From Haplodiscus bocki (lineage: Eukaryota): a DNA stretch of 64,000 nt. This document shows, piece by piece, positions 54,190 through 64,000 of this stretch. The stretch covers positions 76,508,001-76,572,000 of the forward strand of contig OZ296659.1 in the NCBI GenBank assembly GCA_965655095.1, given 5' to 3'. The notes under the pieces are model-generated. The model saw nothing but the letters and a program-made list of their open reading frames with translations, made no database searches and had not been told where the DNA came from. Position 1 is the first letter of the stretch. The number at the start of each line of letters is the position of its first letter. The position numbers and the translations under genes are program-made.

Positions 54190-55630
54190 TTCATTTTCAA
54201 TACCCTGATCTTAATGATTCTGAACAAAATCAACTCTGTAAAATTCTTGTAGAAAATAAACACTGTTATGCGACACATCTTAATGATGTCGGAAAACTTT
54301 CTGCTCCATTTCGCATTGGATTAAAACCTGATGATAAATTGCAAAAACAGAGCCCTACTAAAGTTTCTATTTTTTACCGCGACAAACTGAATACCTTATT
54401 TGATGATTTGCAAAAATAAACGGAATAGTTAAGCAAATTGGCTCAACACTTCGTGAAAAACAAATTTATGGCAATTTTTTCTCAATCCTTTGAATATTTT
54501 AAAAGAGAATGATTCTAAAAAAATTGTGTTGGACGCTAGACATTTCAATTCAAACTCTAAAGAATCATTTAGATATTGCCACTGGAGCTATTAGCAACAC
54601 AGCTGGCTAGTGCATGCAAAAAATAAAACTCTGCAATTGATTTCAAGTACGCATATGCACATGCTACTATATATGACGAAACTATCAAGTTACTTGGATT
54701 TTAATCTGGTGATAAACTTTTTGCTTTATTCAGAGGACTTTATGTCATTAAAGGTCTTCCAAACTTTTTCACACAACAACTGTCTCTGTTTTTCAAGGGC
54801 TTGATTCGTCAAAGATCTGCACTGGTTGATATTGATGACATTGTACAAATTTCGAATTCTAAACCACATATGCTGCAACTTGTCGAACAACTTCACGATA
54901 TTGTCAATAAAAGAAATTTGAAACTAGCTCCAGAAAACGTTTTCATGCTCCTTACTGTAAAACGTCTTGGTCATGAATTTGGTTTTGATAGAACCAAAAC
55001 AATTCAATCCAAAATTGCTGCAATTCTTGAAAGTCCTTCTCCGACTACAAAAATCGAACTGATGAGGTTCATAGGCTCAATGATTTTCCATTCTATATTT
55101 ATTGATGAACTTCATGTAAATATGAAACCTCTGTATGTTTCACTACAAGATATTAATTAATTTAAAAGAAATATATAACTGGAAACACTGTTTCAACAAA
55201 TCAAAACTTCCATTAGAAAAAATGTTACGGTGACATTCCTAATACAAACCATCCATTCTTTATGACTGTAGGTTCTTCATTGATTCGATTAGGCTGTGTT
55301 CTTTTCGAAATGAATGATTAGGGAAAACCTGATTTTTTATCCCATAATTCTCGAGTTTTAACTACTGATGGACAAAAATTATGTAATACATTTCGTCCTT
55401 AATTGGAATCGTATATTCATTAACAATATACGAACGTAATATTTTTGGCTCTGATCATTTTTTTAGTGCTTTGATTGATCGCAGACCAATTTTTAGCTGT
55501 TTCACTAAGAAACAAAACCTTTTTCTATCATTCTACACTGCACAAATGCAATTAACCAGGTTTCAAAAGCTTCGTTTATTCATACGAAAGGAAAAAATCT
55601 TTCTGTAGCTGATATGTCAAGTCGTCTTTT
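54190..55630 (+). pseudogene. pol: reverse transcriptase + RNase H
   Basis: IVLDARHFN, AIDFKYAY, LVDIDD (YIDD-like), LGHE and LMRFIG. RNase H remnants PFFMTV.SS...GCVL, SRVLT and KGKNLSVADM.SR. Confidence 0.9.
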
Positions 55631-56469
55631 TACCCAAAAAGAGCTTCAACTAAATCAACTGAAACACCAACAATTACCTCCGCAAGGTCAATTTGCAACA
55701 CTGACACATAATAACCAAATCAAACCGGTACACTGTTTGGTCAAACATTAAACTGTACTTCCTTCACAAACGGACGATTGTCATCCTTTTTTAGTTGATT
55801 TAGGAAATTATCAAGTCGCCATTCGTGTTAATGATAAAGGAGAAAACATCATCATTAAACCGGAAGATTCATTTTCTTTTGAAGCTGTTAAACCGTTACA
55901 AAATCAATATAAAAACCAATCAAGAAAAATAGTGAAACATTATTACAACAATCTGCATTTTTGAATGATACCCATATTACTGAAAATGACAATCCTGTTG
56001 AAAAAAAGTTACCACAAAATCATAACCCTTTTCCACTTTGTTTTTCGCTGAATTATAACCCATCTACTTGTCAAAAGTATAATGACTCTGAAATTGAAAT
56101 TCTACAATAGCAAAGTATTCATGAAACATATCCATCTGTAATCAAACAATCAATGAATATTTATTTCTTCGATCCGTCATTCCTTAAATACCCATCTAAA
56201 TATATTGAATTCTTTTTACCTCCTAAAACTCCATTGAAAATTGAGACAATACTGAAATACTAAAAAACAGATCATGTTTGATTGTCACAAGATTGTTTAT
56301 AAAAGGATTCACGTCCTGTTGGAAAAACACCCGATAAAACAGCTAATCCACCTGTAGAAGGATTAAAATACTAAGCTGATAACTAATGAAACCTCATCTC
56401 TGAGACACTGATGATTACTTTTCTTCTGAAATCTCTCGCTTATGCTGAAGTTGTTTTCTTCTGTATTCA

Positions 56470-57640
56470 TTAAAATTCATGAACACTCTCATGCTGGTCT
56501 GCATATAGCTCAATATAAAACCAATCGAAATTCTTATATTCCAATTCTGCAAAAATAGCTATCTATTTTCATTCAAGAATGTGTTACCAAATGCACACGT
56601 AAAAAAATATAAAATAGAACAAAGCTGCACTCTTATCATTCTTAAAATAGTCCACCTTTTAAATCCTAGTTTTTCTCTGGTTACTAAAATTCTATTGAAC
56701 CCTGCCTCTGTGAGGAATCATTATATCTAAGCAGTTGTTGATCATTTTAGAAAGTACATTGTATCTCTGTCAACACCGAAATAAAATGCTAATTATCCAG
56801 TAAAAGCAACAGTTCATCACTGGTTTTCAAAATTTGGTCGTCTTCAATATTCAATTACGAATAGAGGAACCAAATATCTTAACTCTAAAATGGTAACTTG
56901 CTGTACTTTGTTTATTATTCATCATTCTCCAAGAAAATCACATGCTCCCTGGACAAACGGACTTGTTGAAGTACAAAATAAAAATCTTGGAACCCCTCAG
57001 TGAGTGTTGTTACATGACACTCCTGAACTTTGTTCTATCCAAGTATATTTCTCTGCTCATGCTCACAAAACTCAACCATTATCACAGCTGCATATTTCAC
57101 CATATGAAATAGTTTTTCATACGCAACCGCGTTTTCCTCTGAATTTTTAATTGAAGGTTTCTCGAAATTCATTTCTTGGTTGTTTTGCACAATATTGCTC
57201 TGAATTGCTTTCTTATTCTCGTTATCAATCAATTGATACAATTCAGCTGTTTCGTAGCATTATGTTGAAACCAATTTCTACTTGGTTTCTCGCCTTTGAA
57301 ACAGCATTACTGCAATTAAATTCAAAATTATATCAAAACGCACCAAAAAATAAATTCCCTTGCATAAACAATGAAAAATTCACCCAAAACGCTCTAACTA
57401 TTATCGCTATATTTATTTGTCTTACAACGAAACTTGAAATTGATCGATTCTCGGATAAACTAAATCAATTTCCTAGTGGTCCTATCGAAAATGTTAACAA
57501 GTCTTTGGAAGTCACATATGAAATTCTGACACAAAACAGAAAAACATTTCACACACATCAAAATCCTTCGATTCCATTTCATCCTAAAAAAACCTTTGCT
57601 TTTTCCTCATATTCAATATTAAAAAGAACAAATTTTTGAA
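56470..57640 (+). pseudogene. integrase (HHCC + DDE core)
   Basis: HEHSHAG...C..C, VVDHFRKY, WFSKFG, TNRGT.Y and PWTNGLVEVQN. Confidence 0.88.
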
Positions 57641-59791
57641 ATAATTCATGATTATGATACATCAGACTTGATTCAAAACGACCGATATACTTCTTGTGAT
57701 TATTCTGAATTTGATGAAAATTGTGTTGATGATGACCTCTTCTGTAATAATAATGATGATCAATCAATTATGTTTGATAATGGTGAGGGATATAAATCTG
57801 TGAAATTGGACGATAATCATTATTATATTTCACGATCAAAATCTGATTCTGAAACTTTACATTATAAACCACGATTGTAAGAATTTCAATCATTCAACAA
57901 ATTGCCGTAAATATTTGATCTACCCAACACTGACACTGTTCACGTCTCTCAAACGCCATTTGCTAACCAATCAAATTCCTCTCTGCATTTCAACCAATCA
58001 CAAACGTCCAGCAGAAACACTCGAACCAAATTGGATATACGACGACTACCATCAACAATTTTTTGTCTTTTCATCCCATCACCTTCCTCTCCGCTTCAAT
58101 ATTCATTCTCATTAAAGGTGAATTGAGTAAAATTGCTTATCGAGACTGAATCAAGTTGAAAAAGTTGCTCATCTAAAGTTTATGGAAAAAACCCTAGTAC
58201 TCTTTCTTGTTCATCATAAATTAAGTCTCTTGCAATTCGTTGTTAAGACTCTACTGTTTTTTTTTGGAAAGAATTTCAACAATCTTAAAGAATTCCTTCT
58301 TAAATTGAAAATCATTACCCTGAAGTATTTACCACTGTAGTCTAGTAAAACTTAAAACTGAAATCAAATTGAAGTATTTCACATTTGATACCTCCGATTG
58401 AATTATTTCTGAGGAAACTGTTAATTTTATAGAACCAATAAAACCGGTAACTAATACTTTCTTTTCTGATACTGACGTAATCCGCAATTGATCTCCAGCT
58501 TCATCTGATAAAAGTAATTTTCCCTCTGCTCCACCAGTTTTGGAACTTTTTTCGAAATTTTATAGACGCTGGATCTACTGTACAAACTACAAGCTTTTGT
58601 GAAAAAATTATTTCTTCAGCCGAAATTCAATAAATCTTACTCTAGCCGCTCAGAGAACTCCCTTATCACCGATAGCGGTAGCTCCGGCTATCACTCCAGC
58701 TAATACCCCTAGATAAATTCATATTCCCAATACATCTGATATTGACTTTATTTATCCAATACCACATCCGCGTTTCACTAAAACTGTAGCCAGAAAATCA
58801 AAATCTTTCAAACATCGAAAGTCAATTGACCCAACATTCAATAATAAACAAACCACCTCCGCTCTGAAAAAAAACATTGATGAACCATCAACGCCTTCAA
58901 ATCTACCTGATCGAAAAACTACTTCTGATATTAGTTCCGAAAATTTGTCATTGTTATCTCCAAAACTATCGTCGAGTTCATATTCCACCTCTTCAGCTGA
59001 TAATATTCTGAAGTGTGAATCTAAAAACTCATCAAAAAGTTCATCATCATCTTCTTCTCAACCTGTAACTCACTCGTATAATTTGAGATCAAGACCGACA
59101 CAAATATCGTCTTCCTCAAGTACAAGATCAACGTCAAGTTCGATCTCTGCAGTATTGCGTCAATACGCACAACCTCATTCATCTACTTCTGAAAACCATC
59201 CTTCCTCTCTGTCTGATATCCCAATTTCATTGAGACCTTCTTCTGGTATTGAAAATTCATTCGCTGTTCATTCATTTTCAAGATATACTCATTTATCTGG
59301 AGATCAAAAATCTGTCTCTTCATTGAGTGCTATTAATCTTACTGAGCTTCCATATCATACGCTAGAAGAAAACTCAAAACCTCCTACACCTGATCTCTAC
59401 GATTCTCCATTGAGACTTGATAATCAAATATTTATTCATCCCGAACAAAATCTTAGTTATCACATCCTTCCTGTAGACAGAAAAAAATAGTCTACAATGT
59501 TCTGTTATTACCGGTAATCGAGAATTGATTAGACTAACTTACACTTCAACTATGTTGAAGTTTGAAGTAAATGTAAAATTTTGTGGATTAAATCCTCATC
59601 CGATTCCAACCTCAACTCAAAGTAAACATTGAACATTCCTTAGTCCTATTCTTGTTGCTAGTTTGCAAGTTACCTCCACTGATGAACCTCTATTTGATCA
59701 TGAATGGGGAAGTATAATTTTTTACCAACCTATCTCTGGTATGAAATACAAAACCACTTTCTGAAAGCTATGATTTGATTTTACTCCCTCT

Positions 59792-62105
59792 ATGAATTTA
59801 CTCCCTCTATTATTCAATTTTTCATGACTGCAGATTGCTGATGCAATCACTTCGGAAACTTTAATTCAACTTGATGATACTCGGATAAATCAACTCCTAG
59901 CCAGCCATATTGATTGTTCTAAACAAAACAATCTCAGACAATTTAGCGTAACATGGGTACAGAAATTTACTCAAGCTCCCTCTGAAATTGACTAAACTAG
60001 AATTACTAAACTGCGTCTGTATTAATCATGCTAAATTAAACAAACGAATTAAAGCTTTTCGTTGCTGTGCAACCATTCAAAAGACTTGCGTACTTCGTGT
60101 TCATGGTGCACACGACAAATATTTTAGACATGCTCGTATGGATTGGCCTACTAATTGCATGCCATTACCAAAAGATCTGGACCCTAATGTTTGCAAAAAT
60201 GTTATTCGAAACGTTAATGGTACGGATAGTGCAGAACTGAATCAACATTGATATAATGGCTCTTTTACTTATTTCGATATACCGAGTTTTCAAGATGAAA
60301 TTGAAACGAAACAAACGCCATTCACTGTAACCAAACTGAACAATGTACATGTTGGTGTATTCTCCTATCAGCCAAATAATTATTATTGGATTACTGGAAC
60401 TGAAAAATCAAATTCAAGATGTTAAGGTGATTAAGAAAATCTTATTGACAAAGATAGTTGTTCATTAATATTTGAAGAAATTCTTCTGGACTATGATGAT
60501 AAACTAGATAAACTAATACTTGAAGGTCATACCTTTCCATGTCTGCACTCTGATCGTGCTTGTACACTGACACTGAAAGAACCGCATACTATTGTCTGGT
60601 TTCCTGGAGAAATATATTTAATACTTCATATCTCCGACTTTATTGGACGAATGTCTAAACTGAAAGATTGTTATGTCTTAGAAACTAATGATTTCTTCAG
60701 TACTTCTGGAAAGAACACTGAAAAGATCGACAAAGGCTCACTGCCAACTGTATTTGCTTAAACCAATTCACCACTGGAAAATACTATTCCAACCTTGTCA
60801 AGACTGGAAAATTTCCGGAAAAACATACTTTCTGTGAAAAATTAACACAGAAGCCTACAACTCAGCTTCCTTATTTGTTTGTCATTTATCGTGAAGGTTT
60901 CATTCTGAATACTGGAAATCCAAACGCAATCGTTGTTGATAAAGACTCATCAATTAGCCAACCGCAAACGTTTTAACCGTTGGTCTTTGACTTTGTAAAA
61001 ACTAAATATTACTTTCATCCACTGAATGATTCAAGAAGCTTCAGTACTCTAGACTATGACACTCATAATAATACAAAGATAGATTATTCTATCAATCATT
61101 TATATAAATATTTGAGTACCCATGAACTGAATACTTCAAATCATATCTGTGAAATTGAACAAACACAACTGCTAACTATATTAGCAAAGTCCGTTCAAAG
61201 TCCTGAAGTTGATGGTTATCTTTTAATTTGAAACCGTAAATCTCTCTAAGTAGAAGGCTCTACTGATTGGCTTTAGGACTATCCTCAATTTCTTTCACCT
61301 CTGTATGAATTTGATACTTGTTTTGATCGCAAACCAATATACTATCAAGATACTGTAATGCACATTGATCCAATAATAAGACAAACTTTTAATTATGCTA
61401 TGCCTATATCCTGTGATAACAATCCACAGAGTGCCATAACGTTAGATTTTGATTTTAATGAACCCTATGTACTGATACTTCAGCCTGTATTAAGTGCTAG
61501 ACCAATGCTCCTTGAACCAAAACAAATTCTATCTGCTATAGGCCCGAATACATTAACTGCACAGGAAGCTGGAATTTTTTCCAATGCTGAATTAACAAAT
61601 TTCTGGAATCGTGTTTTATTCAGGAAACACTCTGATACTACACTGAAGCCTCTGAGAAAAACCATCTTGTTTGACTTTGTAGCTACCTGTGAACAACATT
61701 CAACTGGTTTCTTATAAACTATCAGTAGAAACCGGTTTTATCCTTGAAATATTATAAGAGTCGGTCTACATAATCACATTTTAAACATGGCTCCTCTGTT
61801 TGCTGCTGACTGGTTTACGGATGCATTTATTGCAATGTTTAGTTTTCCATGTAATCATCACACTCAATATGGAATATGTTTTTCCCACTTTTCGCTTTCT
61901 GCAAAAAGTTTTTACATTTCTTCTGAAATTTTTTACGTCTATGTCAATTAGGTATAGACTTCATAAAAATATAACCATAATGAAATTTCTACCTCATGGA
62001 TTTTTAAATTATACCACATCAAAAATGGTCACTGATTTACATGATGCTGAACTTGACAAACGTCAACGTAAAACATTTCAGCGTCTTGATGACCCTCCTG
62101 AATAA
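59792..62105 (+). pseudogene. env: env-like glycoprotein, chuvirus-G/gB-type (class III fusogen-like)
   Basis: Signal-like N-terminus; HIDCS...FS...V; KAFRC; C.HS...C...TIVWFP; TKIDY...CEIEQTQLLTILA.S...P...GYLL; CFDR.PIYY...IDPI.RQ...SC; AGIFSNAEL; C-terminal hydrophobic segment at ~61790-61940. Confidence 0.75.
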
Positions 62106-62779
62106 TCTTCAAGAAATAGTGGCTGGAAAATTCGAAAGAATTCTGTAACTAAAAAGCCGGAATTCATGCCTCAAATTTCCGAAACAATTAAACCGTCCAA
62201 TTCATTTTTATTTGACAAAAGTCATTTCAAAGTAACTGAACCTGAGGACATTATTACTCTTCCTTCTACTTAATTGCGTAACAAAAAAGTGTCAACTGCA
62301 AATTGTTCTCAGGACAAAAACCATATAACATCATCACTTAGGACCCCACTCTCTGATCCCACCCCCAAGCGCTTATTAAAGCTATTTTCCACCCATAACC
62401 ACATAACCACCCTCCCATTCTGTCATTTTTTCTCATCACAAAACGAAAATCTAATAAAATATGATCAAACCAACAACACTGAAAACCATCAAAAACTGAT
62501 TCAACCAACAATACTGCAAACTCTCCTAAACATTGATCGCAATCCAAACTGCACATAATTACCTAAAAACTTCTGCTTTACTCATTTTTTTGAGATTCTG
62601 ATATCTTTCATTCTTTCTCTGTTTGTCTCTGAATCATTTTTTTTGACTGCAAAAAGCTCTTTTTGACTCTGAAATACAAACTGCCAATTTATTTTATTTT
62701 CTCAATTTCCTTACTGGAACAGCAGATATCTCCATTCTTCTCATAAGTACAGACTTCATTTTTTTCGAAAAATATTGCC

Positions 62780-63500
62780 ACTGAAAATGCTTGGGAAGTT
62801 TATCTTTTTTCCACTGAATTTGAACATCAGGCTCTGACGATCACTGTGTTTAATGATTATAAAGAACCTATTTCGCCAAAAAACTCACTCTCTGATTTTT
62901 CTCAAAATATTACTCGTTTCACTGATCTTCGAATGTTTTTTTTAATGGTTTTAACGCTCCTCTGGATGATGAAATGGAAAATCAAGTTGCCTCTAGAAGT
63001 GTTACTCTTACTGTTATGCGTGATTCCAAAACTCTGCTGAAAGAACTCTTCACCTGATTCTTCAAAGTGCCCGAAAAAATACAATATTTCAACTGATCCT
63101 TCCTTTTTAACTTCAAATGTAAAAATGTAATGCCTCTTTTCCGGAAATTATAATCAAAACCTGATTTACATAGAGATGATTCCTTAACATCTCAGCTATC
63201 AACCGAAAAAATTCAATTCAAACTTCAATTGTCATCGCTATTTATGGTTTCAACCCCGTAAGAATTTCAGTTAAATCCAGATGGCAATGATAATGATCCC
63301 TACATCTTGTATGCGTCTAATCAATTAGTTCCATATGAGTACTAGACTGCAAATAATCAGAAAAACTTTACTCTGCAAATGAATTTTCTACGACCTTCTA
63401 TATTTGATTTTCATATTAATGAATCGAATCCGAATTTCAAATCTCTGAAAAAAAATCGTGTCCATCATGAGACATACAAATGTTTTTCAAAAAATCTTCC
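62780..63500 (+). pseudogene. unknown accessory ORF downstream of env
   Basis: Long coding-like frame with scattered stops (e.g. NGFNAPLDDEMENQVASRSV...QMNFLRPSIFDFHI). No recognised domain. Confidence 0.3.
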
Positions 63501-64000
63501 TCCGAAGCTCGCAGAAGTTTTCATCTTTCAAGAAAGAAAGTTCACTTTTCCATTTTCACTTCATTTGATTTATAATTTGAAAACTGCATATACAATTGGC
63601 TCGCTGCGAATGCATAATTTTTTGCAACAAATCTATTTATATACCTCGAAAAATTTCCTGACAGACCTCTGATTGTTTAACAGAGTTGTCCTATTTCCAC
63701 TGATACCGCACATTTTGATCTTGACTGCATTCCAACCACAATTGCTCAGCCGTATCCACATTTGTCGAAAGTCTTTAACCAACCTTTGAAGCATAAACCT
63801 CTGAAAAGATGAAATACTTTTTCATCACAACACTTTTCATACAGTGAACTCCTCTTTTTGACTAATCTATCAGCTGAAATTTTCGAAAAAGCAATATCGG
63901 CATCATACAAACACAAAGTCGCAATCTGTTTCCTAAGCTCAAGATACCTCTTCTGCAAAAGTTTATGAAAAATCTTCCGAAAATGGACATGTTAATGCTG
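63450..64000 (-). pseudogene. antisense accessory ORF of the LTR element
   Basis: ORF 63746-63958 (QKRYLELRKQIATLCLYD...), with a similar peptide at ~9325-9450. Confidence 0.4.

Larger units (their letters stand above)
46036..64000 (+). mobile_element. giant env-bearing Ty3/Gypsy LTR retroelement (decayed; 3' end outside the window)
   Basis: LTR end plus PBS, gag with a CCHC knuckle, PR-RT-RNaseH-IN order, env-like glycoprotein and further ORFs. All ORFs are interrupted by stops or frameshifts. Confidence 0.88.

Noticed and set aside
53600-54190. dUTPase between protease and RT
   Set aside because: A beta-rich spacer is present, but none of the five conserved dUTPase motifs could be recognised.

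Overview
This is AT-rich, repeat-dense eukaryotic DNA, probably from an invertebrate metazoan; most entries in the ORF track are noise or decayed transposon fragments. Three likely host genes lie on the minus strand. (1) The 5' part of an OS-9 ER lectin gene, whose first two coding exons are separated by a ~15.6 kb TE-filled intron. (2) A predicted two-exon nuclear C3HC4 RING-finger gene. (3) A divergent but intact ribosomal protein eL36 (RPL36). Mobile elements include three decayed APE-RT LINEs (CR1/L2-like), a CRE-type RLE retrotransposon, a non-autonomous hAT-like element (8-bp TSD) carrying a 5' fragment of the RING gene and a nested Tc1-like MITE, tRNA-derived elements, a ~450-bp dispersed repeat and a degenerate ~160-bp tandem array. 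The most notable feature is a very large (>18 kb, running off the window) decayed Ty3/Gypsy LTR element from ~46.0 kb. It has a ~2.2 kb candidate LTR, a tRNA-Gly PBS, an extra upstream membrane/coiled-coil ORF and gag-PR-RT-RNaseH-IN. It also carries an env-like gene with the motif pattern of chuvirus-G/herpes-gB-type (class III) fusion glycoproteins, plus further sense and antisense accessory ORFs, one of which has an apparent homolog at ~9.3 kb. All family calls come from motif recognition by eye; the boundaries of decayed elements are approximate.
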